DNA of 64,000 bases from Acidiferrobacter sp. (GCA_035530915.1 DATKTV010000037.1:8039-72038), one strand, 5' to 3'; positions 22,043-32,776 are shown, counted from the first letter of the stretch. The notes: generated by a model from the letters alone, not told the origin. Numbers and translations: made by a program.

Positions 22043-22500
22043 TGTTCGTTTTACGTAATCACGGTTACGCCCCGCGCACCGCCGGCATCTGTCAATTACT
22101 GTTGTCTGGGAGGATGCCGCACCTGTCCCCTGTCTGCTTAGCCGCCACACCTGCGCTGTACTGTGTTGGGCACCAACGTGTTTGGCTAGGTCCTCATCTT
22201 TTCTGTTCCTGATGATGTCACGAAGCGCTCTCTCGCCCCCGACTTCGACACGCTCCTTGCGCGCCCCCTTAAGGGCCAAGGCGCGATATGGCCGCTCGGT
22301 GAGGGTCGCATGCGCGGCTTCGGCGCATGGGGCCGCGGCCCACAATGGCTTGATAGCATATCCTGACCTTCTGGATGCGGCGTTCGATGCACCCATACAG
22401 AAGCCGCGCTGCCAGCAACGCCCGCGGCCGAGAGTCTCGCGCCTCCAGGCCTTCACCCGAGAGGGGTCGCCTAGTGCGCACGATTAGTGGTTCCGACTCC

Positions 22501-23514
22501 ATGGTGCCGACCAAGGGCGAGGATATGCCGCAGCCGCTCGTGTCGATGCTGCTGATCGCATACGACCAGGAACGGTTTGTGGAAGAGGCTATCCGTGGCG
22601 CGCTTAGCCAAACCTACAAACATCTCGAAATTATCATTTCTGACGACGCATCCAGTGACGGAACCTTCGCGACAATCGAAGATGCTTTACGAAACTACTC
22701 CGGGCCACATCGGATTATTGTGCGACGGAACGAGACCAACATCGGGATTGGGGGACATTTATCGCTCCTGGCCCAGCTGGCTCATGGTGAGCTATTAGTC
22801 GTTGCCGCCGGGGATGATGTATCGGCGGCCGAGCGATGTGAGGCGCTTGTCAACCACTGGATTGCCCATGGGCGCACGCCCGACCTTATTGCGTCTGATC
22901 TGATGGACATGGACGCGGTCGGCAACATCTACGGCCGTATCGCCCCGACCGTCCTTGATGGATATAAGGAATTTGACGACTGGGCGGCCCATCGTCCGTG
23001 GGTAGTTGGTGCTTCCCACGCCTGGACGCGTCGCCTTTTCGATAGGTTCGGGGCGATGATGGCCAACCTGGCAGCGGAAGATCAGGTTATGACGTTGCGC
23101 GCCATCCTTACCGGTGGTGCTGTTAGTTTGAGCTGTCCGCTCGTGAATTATAGGCGTGGAGGACTTTCCGGGAAGCGTCTGTTCAGGTCAGTAGACGACA
23201 AGGTGGCTCAAATACGACGGAGCAATTATGTCGGGCTAGTCGAATTGGCGCAGCTACAGAAGGATGCTGATGTAGCGGGCATCGGCGGAAGGATGCAGTC
23301 CCTGCTAGCGCCGAGGCTTGCGCGCGAGCGATTTACTCAGGCGGTATTTGAGCCAACTGGTGTGGGCCGGCGCATCGCTGCTGCGTGGCGTGCACACGAT
23401 GTGGGGTCGGGGCATCGGGCGCGCATGTTGTTTTATTCGATATGCCCGATGGTGTACGTTCCTCTGTTTTTTCTGAAAAAAATACTGGGAAAGAGTCGTG
23501 GAGCTGCCCCTTGA
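22501..23514 (+). CDS. family 2 glycosyltransferase
   Basis: SMLLIAYDQERFVEEAIRGALSQTY...IIISDDASSDGT. Start moved to the ATG at 22501 (alternative 22525); the upstream part of the listed ORF is Arg/Ser-rich junk. Confidence 0.8.
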   Translation: MVPTKGEDMPQPLVSMLLIAYDQERFVEEAIRGALSQTYKHLEIIISDDASSDGTFATIEDALRNYSGPHRIIVRRNETNIGIGGHLSLLAQLAHGELLVVAAGDDVSAAERCEALVNHWIAHGRTPDLIASDLMDMDAVGNIYGRIAPTVLDGYKEFDDWAAHRPWVVGASHAWTRRLFDRFGAMMANLAAEDQVMTLRAILTGGAVSLSCPLVNYRRGGLSGKRLFRSVDDKVAQIRRSNYVGLVELAQLQKDADVAGIGGRMQSLLAPRLARERFTQAVFEPTGVGRRIAAAWRAHDVGSGHRARMLFYSICPMVYVPLFFLKKILGKSRGAAP

Positions 23515-24357
23515 GGCGCCGTGAAACAGCAAGGGGTTCCGGTTTGCCCATCCGACAGATAAACGGACGACAAGCGTGCGCCGGCCTCGGTATGCGCGAT
23601 GGGACGTCCAGGTCGCCACGCGCCCTCGATCTCGGCGCAACTCATGATCTCTTCGCTCCGCTACGAGATGCTTGCTGCCGTCCTGTGGGCGAGCCATGCG
23701 CTTTTTTCTGGCGCACAACAGGCTCGCCCACAATAAGAGGAAGGTCTCTGGAAGCCTGGGGCTATCGTCCGGAAGATGAGGGATGCGCAGCGAACCGTGG
23801 TTGTGGGCTGAGCCCTCAACAATTTTAAGCAATGGCGAGCAACAATGGGCGGACATGGCGGTGCGAAAAGGCTCGGTATGTGGGTCTCGTTAAACAATTT
23901 GTGCTAGAGCGCCTTTGGCGCCAGGGTTGAGCGGTAGGCGATCTGTTTGGGGCCGAAGAGCGGATAGTCGCGCCTGATACTGCGATGCGGAAATCAGGCG
24001 GGGCACCTATGTTGTTGGGGGCCGCTTTGCGGGAAATCCGGGGGCCGGCCGTGACTGAGGAGCACGGGAGCCACCCAATGCGTCATGGTATCAAGGCCTG
24101 CGAGGGTTCTGCTTGGCTTCGAGTTTACATAAGAAGCGTGGCTCAGTATCTTCTAGCGCACCATGCTACAATCCGCGCACTCGGCGGGAGCGAGTTGGTT
24201 AAATTGGCGGTAGGGGCATCATGACTCGCGCCGGATGCGGCAAAGGAAAAGGGGGCTTAAGGGGACTTGAGCCAGTAGCTTTCGGACGCTGGTCACAGCT
24301 ACCGGGCCGAGGTGTTACTTTTTTGGACCACTGACTAGGCCTTTATAGTTCTGAACC

Positions 24358-25659
24358 ATGAACAAACCGACTGAAAAACCGTTTAGCCTTCTCGGGTGGC
24401 GCGGCATAAACAATCTTGCTCTGCTAGGCTCGTTGGACTCTATCTTATTTTTATTATCAGCCCTATTGCCTGCGGCCTACCTGACAATACGAGAGCCCGA
24501 TCTGCTTGGGCTTCTGGCGATTCTCCTTTTGCTAATCTCTTCGATAGTCCTTTGGCGCGAAGATTTCCTTGGCGCGAAGATTTCAAAAATAGATAGGTTA
24601 CCGCTGGTTCTTCTATCGATGACACTCCCCACAGCGGCAGTGCTGATAGCGGCCTCTCTCAGATTCGACTTCCACTTTCGGGACATTGACGGCCCATCAA
24701 GAATGTTGTTGTGCCTCCCAATGTTTTTTGCGTTCTATATTCGAAAGATTGATTTTTCTCGATCAATATCAGTAGCCTTACCGCTCGCACTGGCAATGAC
24801 CTTTGTCTACGCGCTAACTCATAATGGCGGATTTGGGGATCGGCTCACTGTCCTGCACATGAATCCGATCCTTTGGGGCGACTCATCCATGGTGCTCGGG
24901 TTCATGTGCCTCTACAGCATTCAGTCAACGGACTCCGTAATCAAGAAAGCTTATCTGCTCGCCGGGCTGGCCACCGGAATAGCCATGTCGATCCTCTCTC
25001 AATCCAGGGGTGGATGGGTCGCGGGGATTGCTCTTTTGCTGTTTTGGGGATGGCTTCACCGCAAGTCCATTCACCCCTGGCACCTAGTGATCGGTGGTGT
25101 CGCTTGTGTCGCTGTAGCTATCGGCCTTTACCTGTTTTCGGGGATAATCCATCAACGAGTCGATGAGGCGTTTGATGGCGTGTACGGGTATGTGACGGGT
25201 CGCGATGTCCAGTCCTCAACGGGCTACCGATTGGCCATGTGGAAAATCGGGTTATATTTATTTGCGAAGCATCCTTTATTGGGATACGGTGACCGTGGCG
25301 TAATCCCTTATCTGAATAACCCATATATTCACACGCTTGGCGACGCAGTAGCGATAAACGGCATCCGGTGTTGTGGCCCCCATAACGAAATCATTGCCCA
25401 ACTGTTGCGTTCTGGCGTTTTTGGCTTCCTGAGCCTTGCCGGAACCTACGTTATTCCGATGTACGTTTTTTGGAAATCTTATGTATCGGGAAGGGCGAAC
25501 ATGGCTTCATCGCAGGCGATGAGCCTGATCATCGGTTTTTTTGTCTCCGCGCTCACCATTGAGATGCTGACCCTCAAAGTTGCCTGGACGTTCTACGCCC
25601 TTTTTATGGCGGGCCTGATGGCAACTGTTGCGTGGCGACAGGATGTGGCTCAACAGTAG
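24358..25659 (+). CDS. O-antigen ligase family polytopic membrane protein
   Basis: 433 aa with about ten or more hydrophobic segments. Has an SQSRGGWVAG-type loop as in Wzy_C/WaaL-like proteins. LPS gene context. Confidence 0.7.
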   Translation: MNKPTEKPFSLLGWRGINNLALLGSLDSILFLLSALLPAAYLTIREPDLLGLLAILLLLISSIVLWREDFLGAKISKIDRLPLVLLSMTLPTAAVLIAASLRFDFHFRDIDGPSRMLLCLPMFFAFYIRKIDFSRSISVALPLALAMTFVYALTHNGGFGDRLTVLHMNPILWGDSSMVLGFMCLYSIQSTDSVIKKAYLLAGLATGIAMSILSQSRGGWVAGIALLLFWGWLHRKSIHPWHLVIGGVACVAVAIGLYLFSGIIHQRVDEAFDGVYGYVTGRDVQSSTGYRLAMWKIGLYLFAKHPLLGYGDRGVIPYLNNPYIHTLGDAVAINGIRCCGPHNEIIAQLLRSGVFGFLSLAGTYVIPMYVFWKSYVSGRANMASSQAMSLIIGFFVSALTIEMLTLKVAWTFYALFMAGLMATVAWRQDVAQQ

Positions 25660-26013
25660 TCGGGGGTCCTCGGCCCCTTATGGGACCAGTGGCCTCCTAT
25701 GCGCTGGCACAGCTGGCCAAAGACGCCCGCTGGCGCGAGGCAACCGATCAGAGAAGAAGCAAGGCCCCGAGTTGCTTAGTTGGGCGGCCAGCGTTGGCGA
25801 GATCACTAGGGGGATCGAGCGCACCCGGATCGGGGTGGAGCAGGTCAAGCCGGGATCCTCGTTGTCGAGAGGAAAGCAGACAGTCACACCCTAATGTTAT
25901 TTAGGGGACACCGCGCTAGTATCCGGAGCATCCGGGGCACCTCCTTGTCGAAGGTCCCGGTAACCGCACCAAGAGGCAACCATGCACCCTGAACCCCCTT
26001 GTCACCACAAGCC

Positions 26014-27036
26014 ATGAGCAACACTGACTGCGCCAGTCGCTTTTCGGTCATCATCGTCAATTACAATGGCGCGGGCATGTTGGCGGCCTGTCTGCGCTCG
26101 GTTCTGAATGAAGGCGTGCCTGCCGGGAAAATCGTGGTCGTCGACAACGGTAGCCATGATGATTCCTTAGTCCTTGCAGAACAGGCGGCACCCGGCGTAC
26201 GTTTAATCGGCAACACCTGCAACGCAGGATTCGCCCGCGCCGTCAATCAAGGACTGGACTTGGCCAGCGGCGATTTTGTGCTGCTGCTCAACAACGATGC
26301 GCAGCTGGAAGCGAACAGTCTATGCGCCTTTGCTGAAGCCTTCGACCAGATTCCCGCGGTGCTCATCGCCGGAGGTCAGCTGTATTACCCGGACGGGCGT
26401 CCACAGAACGCGGTCGCGGCGATACCGAGCCTTGCTGGTGAATTGCTCCCGAAATTCCTGCTGAACTGGCTCAAACCACAGCGGCTAGGCGGCAAATCGC
26501 AGGTGATCAATCCGGCCGCGGTAGAGAGTGTTATCGGCGCCTGTTTGGCGGTGCGCCGGGCCGGGATCGCACACCTGGGGAGATTGGACGAGGATTATTT
26601 CTTTTTCCTGGAAGAAACCGAGTGGTGCCAACGCGCGCGTCGACTCGGTTACCGAGTCTATCATGTACCGGCGGCACGCGCGGTGCACGCACAGGGACAA
26701 ACCGCCAATCACTTTCGCAGCGCGGCCCGGATCGAGTTTCAGCGCTCAAAGTTGACTTTTTTCCGCAAAACCCAAGGGCCGCTGGCCTATCTCATAGTTT
26801 CAGCAATTCTGCCAATCAAGGCCTTGGTGAATGCGGCCTCCAACAGCCTGATCTGCATTGTCACCTTATGTCTGCGGCGTCGGCAACGCGCCCGGACGCT
26901 CGGCTACTGGCGCATTGTTCTTTGGCATGGTCTCGGGCGACCAAAAGAGTGGGGGCTGCCGAATAAGTGTCCCCGCCTAATAGATCGCCGAGAAAGACCT
27001 GGAATTGGCGGAGCCCATGATCGTAATGTCATCTGA
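26014..27036 (+). CDS. family 2 glycosyltransferase
   Basis: FSVIIVNYNGAGMLAACLRSV...VVDNGSHDDS...LLNNDA. Start set to the ATG at 26014. Confidence 0.8.
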   Translation: MSNTDCASRFSVIIVNYNGAGMLAACLRSVLNEGVPAGKIVVVDNGSHDDSLVLAEQAAPGVRLIGNTCNAGFARAVNQGLDLASGDFVLLLNNDAQLEANSLCAFAEAFDQIPAVLIAGGQLYYPDGRPQNAVAAIPSLAGELLPKFLLNWLKPQRLGGKSQVINPAAVESVIGACLAVRRAGIAHLGRLDEDYFFFLEETEWCQRARRLGYRVYHVPAARAVHAQGQTANHFRSAARIEFQRSKLTFFRKTQGPLAYLIVSAILPIKALVNAASNSLICIVTLCLRRRQRARTLGYWRIVLWHGLGRPKEWGLPNKCPRLIDRRERPGIGGAHDRNVI

Positions 27037-27320
27037 TGGGTGCGTTGGCCGGATTCTCGGTCCGCACGCGCATGCGCACACTGTTTCGAACTGGCTATTT
27101 TCTATAGTTGCGACACGCCTCTCTCGTGCCTGGGGCCTACGTCGGGTTCGTGCTCGGGATTGCTGGTCAGGAGGCGTGACGATTATATCCACAACAAGAC
27201 CGTCGCGGTTCTCGATCAGGGGGTGCCCGAGGCAACGGGACTTGGCCGTCAGTCGTGCCGCGGGCCTCCTTTTGGTTTAAACTTGATCGCTCTCTCTGAT
27301 AGCAAAGCGGAACCGCTACC

Positions 27321-28112
27321 ATGGCAGGCCTGAGCGTCGCCTATATCACCTTTAACGCGGCACGGTGTTTTGCCGACAGCCTAGCGAGCGTCGTCGACCT
27401 GACCGACGACATCGTGGTCGTGGATTCTGGTAGCACCGACGACACGCTTGCCATCGCCGCCCGTTTTGGCGCACGCACGCAGGTACGCGACTGGCCTGGT
27501 TTTGGGCCACAGAAACAATTTGCAGTAGAGCAGGCACGCCACGACTGGGTATTAGTCCTGGACGCCGATGAGGTGTTGCTAGCGCCTGCCGTTGCCACGA
27601 TCAAGGAGGCGCTGATCGCTGACGATCTGCCCGTCGGCTTTTTGCTACCGCGATACAATTTCTTTCACGGGAAGCGTGTGCGCTTCGGTGACTGGGGCAA
27701 GGACAGGGTGTTGCGCCTTATCAATCCGCGGCGCGGTCAGTTTTCTAATGACGCCGTCCATGAACACTGGATGACTGACGGGCCAGTCCGTCGGCTCAAT
27801 GCTCCTATCGGCCACTATTCCTTCGAAAACTACAAGGCCATGCTAGCCAAACTAGACCGCTACTCTGATCTGAATGCGCGCGGTCTGTTGGCGCGCGGAC
27901 ACGTTGTCGGCCATCGTGAACCGATGCTGCACGCGCTCGCGGCTTTTCTTAGAGGGTATGTATTGCGCCTCGGGTTCCTAGATGGCAGCGACGGCGCCGG
28001 CATCGCCCTCACTACCGCCTTGGGTTCTTTCTTGAAATATGCCAAGGCGCTAGAGTTACAGCAGGCATCGCTATCAAAGACGCCCGCTGTGTCGCGCTTG
28101 CGAAAACTATAG
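27321..28112 (+). CDS. family 2 glycosyltransferase (LPS core type)
   Basis: LSVAYITFNAARCFADSL...VVDSGSTDDT...VLDADE. Confidence 0.8.
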   Translation: MAGLSVAYITFNAARCFADSLASVVDLTDDIVVVDSGSTDDTLAIAARFGARTQVRDWPGFGPQKQFAVEQARHDWVLVLDADEVLLAPAVATIKEALIADDLPVGFLLPRYNFFHGKRVRFGDWGKDRVLRLINPRRGQFSNDAVHEHWMTDGPVRRLNAPIGHYSFENYKAMLAKLDRYSDLNARGLLARGHVVGHREPMLHALAAFLRGYVLRLGFLDGSDGAGIALTTALGSFLKYAKALELQQASLSKTPAVSRLRKL

Positions 28113-28117
28113 CTCGT

Positions 28118-29233
28118 ATGACACAGGCCCCCAGGAAAGTGCTGGTAGTCGCTACCCAGCGTATTGGTGACGTACTGCTCACAACGCCACTGATCCGTTC
28201 TCTGCATCGTGCTTGGCCGGAGGCGCGCATTGATGTGCTGGTCTTCGAGAACACCGGGGGCGTGTTGGCCGGCAACCCCGACGTCCACCGCGTAATCACC
28301 GTGCCCACTCGGGGTAAATTTTGGAGCCATTTGCGCATGCTGGTCAGCCTGTTCCGTAGGTATGATCTGGCGGTAACGACCCAAACTGGTGACCGGCCGG
28401 TTCTGTATGCCTGGCTCGCCGGAAGACGGCGGGCTGGCCTGCGCCCGCCACGCAAAAAAGAGCGGTGGAAGACGCGGTTGCTGACGTACTTAGCCCCGCT
28501 CGACGGCCTGAATACCCATACAGTGTTGATGAATCTGGCAATCGCTGACCTGCTGATGATACCGCGCCACCATGAGGTAGTGGCCTCCTGGAACTCTGCA
28601 GACGAGGCATCGCTTGGGACCGAACTGCCCTTCGACAGCCGCACGCAAGCCTTTGTCTTGCTCCACGTCTATCCTAAATTTCCTTACAAGATGTGGACTC
28701 GGCAGGGGTGGATCGAACTTGCGGACTGGCTGCACGCACAAGGCTTGCGAATTGTCCTTTCGGGCAGCAACGAGACCGAGGAGCTCGCCTACGTTCAAGA
28801 GCTTGCCGCTCACCTGCCTCCAGACACGGTGAATATTGCAGGGAAGTGGAACCTTGGCCAGGTAGCCTGTCTGGCCAAAAGAGCTAGGCTCTATGTCGGC
28901 CCGGACACCGCGCTTACTCACATCGCCGCGGCGCTCGGCACCCCAACCGTCGCGCTATATGGCCCATCCAATCCAGTCAAGTGGGGGCCGTGGCCTGCGC
29001 ATTATCACGACCAACATAACCCTTACTCTATGCATGGCAGCCAGCAAGTCGGTAATGTGTTCCTGGTGCAAGGGCCGGGCGAGTGTGTGCCCTGCCGAGA
29101 GGAAGGCTGCGACCGTCACATCCGCAGCCTCAGCGATTGCTTGCAGAACCTGCAGGCCAGCACTGTCATTAACGCCGCCAGATGCATGCTGGCGGCCTCG
29201 AACGATAGCAACCGAGTTCGCGTTCCGTGTTGA
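28118..29233 (+). CDS. family 9 glycosyltransferase (heptosyltransferase-like)
   Basis: VVATQRIGDVLLTTPLIRSL and GPDTALTHIAAALGTPTVALYGPS. Confidence 0.8.
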   Translation: MTQAPRKVLVVATQRIGDVLLTTPLIRSLHRAWPEARIDVLVFENTGGVLAGNPDVHRVITVPTRGKFWSHLRMLVSLFRRYDLAVTTQTGDRPVLYAWLAGRRRAGLRPPRKKERWKTRLLTYLAPLDGLNTHTVLMNLAIADLLMIPRHHEVVASWNSADEASLGTELPFDSRTQAFVLLHVYPKFPYKMWTRQGWIELADWLHAQGLRIVLSGSNETEELAYVQELAAHLPPDTVNIAGKWNLGQVACLAKRARLYVGPDTALTHIAAALGTPTVALYGPSNPVKWGPWPAHYHDQHNPYSMHGSQQVGNVFLVQGPGECVPCREEGCDRHIRSLSDCLQNLQASTVINAARCMLAASNDSNRVRVPC

Positions 29234-29485
29234 TCGCGGCCGTCAGTGGGCCTGTTCCCAGGCCCGCAACAAGGGTGGCCCGCACGCGTATTCGCCGCTA
29301 TGCCCGCACCCGACGGTGGCCGGACTACTGGGACGAAAGCGAACAAGGCGGCGCTGTCCTGAAGGTTGGCCTTTCCTGTATCGTTTGGGCACGCTTGTGC
29401 GCAGGCCTTTCGCGGACGCGGTTTGCGAAAGTGTTGGGGCGCCCCCCAAGGCTTGGCTACTCACCCACGCAGTTTGGAGACGCCC

Positions 29486-30577
29486 ATGAACGATGTAAAC
29501 GAAAGCGCCTACCGCGCCCCCCCGCCCGGAGATTGGCCGACCGAGGATCTGGAGGAGCTGGGCCGATGTCCCGTCTGTGGAGGGGCCGAGCGGTCGCTGC
29601 TTTACGAGAATTTGCGCGATAGAATCTTCTTCTCCGCCCCTGGGGCCTGGAAGATGTGGGGGTGCACGGGTTGCGGAGCCGGTTATCTCGACCCGCGTCC
29701 CACTATGGAGAGTATCGGCCGGGCCTACACCCAGTATTACACGCACGGCGACTGGCAAGCTGGGAGCGGCCCACTGTCTAGCAGGGAGTCCTCAATCAAG
29801 CGGCTGAGGCATTGTCTGCGCAACAACTACCTCAACGGCCACTATGGTTATCGTTTTCGTCCTGCACTACCGGGCGGACGGTGGCTTACACAAAGACTCC
29901 GCGCGAGAACGCTGGAGTGGGGCAACCGTATCCGCCACCTGCCCGCGCCCAAGCCCGGCCATAACCAGCTGCTTGATGCCGGCTGCGGGAGTGGTCAGTT
30001 CGTGTGGATGGCCCAAACGCTGGGTTACCGGGCTGAGGGCCTGGAGATCGACCCGAAGGCCTGCGCCCAAGCCCATGACCATGGCCTTGCCGTGCACCAG
30101 GGGTCTTTCCCTGACACCGGCTTGGCGTCAGGGAGCTTTGATGAGATCACCTTAAGCCACGTGCTTGAGCACCTGCATGACCCAGTGGGCGCATTACGGG
30201 AGGCTTTTCGGCTTCTGCGGCCCGGTGGGCGACTATGGATCCAGGTGCCAAACTTGGAGGGTGCGAGCAATCGCGCTTGGATGGAAAACAGCCGACTCCT
30301 GGAGCCGCCTCGCCATATCATTATGTTCGCTACGAACAGCTTGAAGAGAGTCTTTCTGGAATGTGGCTTTAAGCACGTTCGGCAACTACCGACGCCAAAC
30401 ATTAGCCGGTTTATCTATACCGCAAGCTATGCCATGGTTGCGGGCTGCGATCCTGAAATGGCGCAATGGCAAGACCTCCCCCAGCCACTCAAAAGACAGG
30501 CTGTGCGGGAGGAAAAGCAGTATTCTGGCATCTCACCTTCTTCAGACGTCATCACTTTTGAGGGCTTCAAGGCTTGA
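29486..30577 (+). CDS. SAM-dependent methyltransferase with N-terminal 4-Cys zinc-ribbon
   Basis: Start moved to the ATG at 29486, preceded by GGAGA. CPVCGG...CTGCGAGY ribbon, then LDAGCGSGQF motif I. Confidence 0.75.
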   Translation: MNDVNESAYRAPPPGDWPTEDLEELGRCPVCGGAERSLLYENLRDRIFFSAPGAWKMWGCTGCGAGYLDPRPTMESIGRAYTQYYTHGDWQAGSGPLSSRESSIKRLRHCLRNNYLNGHYGYRFRPALPGGRWLTQRLRARTLEWGNRIRHLPAPKPGHNQLLDAGCGSGQFVWMAQTLGYRAEGLEIDPKACAQAHDHGLAVHQGSFPDTGLASGSFDEITLSHVLEHLHDPVGALREAFRLLRPGGRLWIQVPNLEGASNRAWMENSRLLEPPRHIIMFATNSLKRVFLECGFKHVRQLPTPNISRFIYTASYAMVAGCDPEMAQWQDLPQPLKRQAVREEKQYSGISPSSDVITFEGFKA

Positions 30578-30762
30578 GCACAATACCCTGTGTCGCTATC
30601 GCCATGGCTACCTACTGATGCCGCCTGGACGGCGTCCCGGTGCGCATTTTGCTGATCGCGATACCTGTTTCGCTTGATGACGGCCACCATGGCGCCCGTC
30701 TTTGCTGGTCAGTGTGTTTCTGTTTCCCCCGGTCACGATCGCTTCGTGGGCGCGGATATCAG

Positions 30763-30810
30763 TTTTTAAACTGTAGGGATTCGGTTGCTGAAGGCTTACG
30801 GTTTGAATGA
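30763..30810. repeat. degenerate copy of the transposon right end, lying outside the left end
   Basis: Ungapped hand alignment of 30764..30810 with 48750..48796 (minus the last base) gives 36 of 47 identical positions: TTTAAAC...TTC..TTGCTGA...CTTA.GGTTT.AATGAC. Confidence 0.5.
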
Positions 30811-30815
30811 CGCAC
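30811..30815. repeat. left copy of 5-bp flanking direct repeat CGCAC (putative target-site duplication)
   Basis: CGCAC immediately precedes the TGTCATT terminus. An identical CGCAC immediately follows the other terminus at 48797..48801. Confidence 0.7.
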
Positions 30816-30955
30816 TGTCATTGCGACCATAAGTCTGTCTGCGATTAACCCATAAGTCTTCGCAGAATTACACAAAACAATGCTAAACGGGCCACCGTTG
30901 CAGCGGCACTTACCCATAAGTCTTCGCAGAGCGCAAATTTAAACCATAAGTCTTC
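30816..30955 (+). repeat. transposon left end: terminal inverted repeat plus four direct transposase-binding-type repeats
   Basis: CCATAAG cores at 30827, 30850, 30914 and 30944, all in the same orientation. Contexts are GACCATAAGTCTGTC, ACCCATAAGTCTTCGCAGA (twice) and AAACCATAAGTCTTCACAA. Confidence 0.8.
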
Positions 30956-31543
30956 ACAAAATGCCTGCTCTATGGTGGGCGTAATGAGCCGTACTTGTTT
31001 GGGCAAGAAGGATGCAACAATACAAGTCTAGGGTCTCGGGAGGGGAAAACGATACGACTTCCTTGTAGTTTGGCCATGTTGTTCATTTGTGGCGCTAGCT
31101 TCATACGCGTGATCGCACCAGAGACTGGTCTGGGAAGAAGCCTTAGCAATCGCCCGAGATCCAGCACATCGAGAGTAGAGGTTCCAGGCTAGGCTCACCG
31201 AATCGTGCCGCGATGGCATCCAGCAAGTTGCGGATGGACTTGGCCTTCAGGTTGAACAGCCTACCCCTGACTATGGCTCAGGCAATGCTTCCGGCATCGG
31301 CTGTTGCGATTTCGTGATGGGTGGTAAAGACTTCCTTTAAGGCACGGGAGGAGTTTTGGTATCTGGCTCCCTCGGTTTTCGTGCTGCAGATGATGAACAG
31401 CGGTTCGTCAAACGGGTCCTTGGGGATTGTAGTGGTCCAAATCCCGATACGATTTCTTGGCTCCGGCCGCAATCTCCACCACATATTTCAGGGGTTTAGT
31501 CGAGAGCCGCACATATTTTCTGACCATGGGTCATGGAGCCGTG

Positions 31544-32776
31544 TTACAGCGGAAGGCCCGGTATGCGGTTGGGCCAAGACTTGCCAGGGTCGTAGAACAA
31601 CACCTCTATGCCCAGTTTTAGCAACGTATCAACCGCATACTTTTGAAGCTCGGGACTCTGTGTCACATGAAGCACCAGTCTGGCGTTCAAGTTGTCGTAG
31701 TCCTTACTGAGCTCGTTCAGGTAGCAGGCGAGCTGGAACGCCCCCTTCGATGATTGGGAAAGGATGTTATCGACGTTCGAGCTTTTGATTTCGAAGACGT
31801 TCAGCTTTTCCTTGGATCTGTATAACAAGTCGATAGAACTGCTTTCGTAAGGCTTGATGCCATTCGTGATTAAGTATTCTGAAATATCCTTCAGCATCTC
31901 TTGGTGGATTTTTTCCGCATGCCCTGTCTTCTTGAGCATCTCCTCCAGGTTCCTCGGTTTCGAGTCGGTCGACACAAACTCCCTGGCGCATATTTCTCGC
32001 GGCTCTATTTCTGAAAACTCGGTATCCACGCACGGCGCGTTGTAACTATAGCCAGGCTCTCTCCGCTCAGCCCCAAGCTTTTCTTTGGCAAATATGACCG
32101 ACACGGGGTCGAAAGCTTTCAGGTCATAGACGATACCGGGCGAAGGTCTTGTGCCCATGCTTTCCGTGAGTAGCGCACAGGCATAATTCGAAAAAGCGCC
32201 CAGCCTGTCACCCGTCCCGTTCGCCCATACCTGTTCCAGCGTAAGCTGCGACACCACCGCCCGTAAAGCACTTTGGGCCAGGCGGCGACCGTTGCTCGGC
32301 AGCAGCTGGAAATCGATCTTAGACAGGGAGCGTTTGTCGGGCGGCAGCAGCTTCGTCTGTATCGACCCTTTGACGAGCGCCGTGAGCGCATCGGATGATC
32401 CCTGCGACAGTTCGGATACTCCAAGCATAGAAGAGCGCGTGGACATCGTGGCGTATCTGGCCGCACCCGCGAAGTCGGACACCAGCTTGATTGAACCCGT
32501 CATCTCCGGCGATATCCAGTAGTCGCCGGAGTAGTAATCATCATCGATTATCCGCTCAACCGTTTTAATCTTGACGAGCAGGAGCAACCGGTCTTCGTGC
32601 CCACGCAACACGACCCAGAGCCTTCGGCCCGCCAAGGATTCAGGTTCTAAATCGACCACGTTTTTTGGGAGAATATAACTGCCGGAAACACCGGCGCTTC
32701 CAAAAGACGGGCCCTTATCGCCATCTAGGACCCAGACCAGATCAGGCATGGGCTCCGAGCTCCTGAAGTGCGTCAT
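31544..32776 (-). CDS. two-domain protein with C-terminal RecB-like PD-(D/E)xK nuclease motif set (last gene of methyltransferase operon)
   Basis: C-terminal SIDLLY-x7-VFEIKS-x~20-QLACY matches D...ExK...QxxxY of RecB/Cas4-type nucleases. The ~250-aa N-terminal region has no motif I recognise. Alternative start MPDLVW at 32749. Confidence 0.6.
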   Translation of the reverse strand: MTHFRSSEPMPDLVWVLDGDKGPSFGSAGVSGSYILPKNVVDLEPESLAGRRLWVVLRGHEDRLLLLVKIKTVERIIDDDYYSGDYWISPEMTGSIKLVSDFAGAARYATMSTRSSMLGVSELSQGSSDALTALVKGSIQTKLLPPDKRSLSKIDFQLLPSNGRRLAQSALRAVVSQLTLEQVWANGTGDRLGAFSNYACALLTESMGTRPSPGIVYDLKAFDPVSVIFAKEKLGAERREPGYSYNAPCVDTEFSEIEPREICAREFVSTDSKPRNLEEMLKKTGHAEKIHQEMLKDISEYLITNGIKPYESSSIDLLYRSKEKLNVFEIKSSNVDNILSQSSKGAFQLACYLNELSKDYDNLNARLVLHVTQSPELQKYAVDTLLKLGIEVLFYDPGKSWPNRIPGLPL

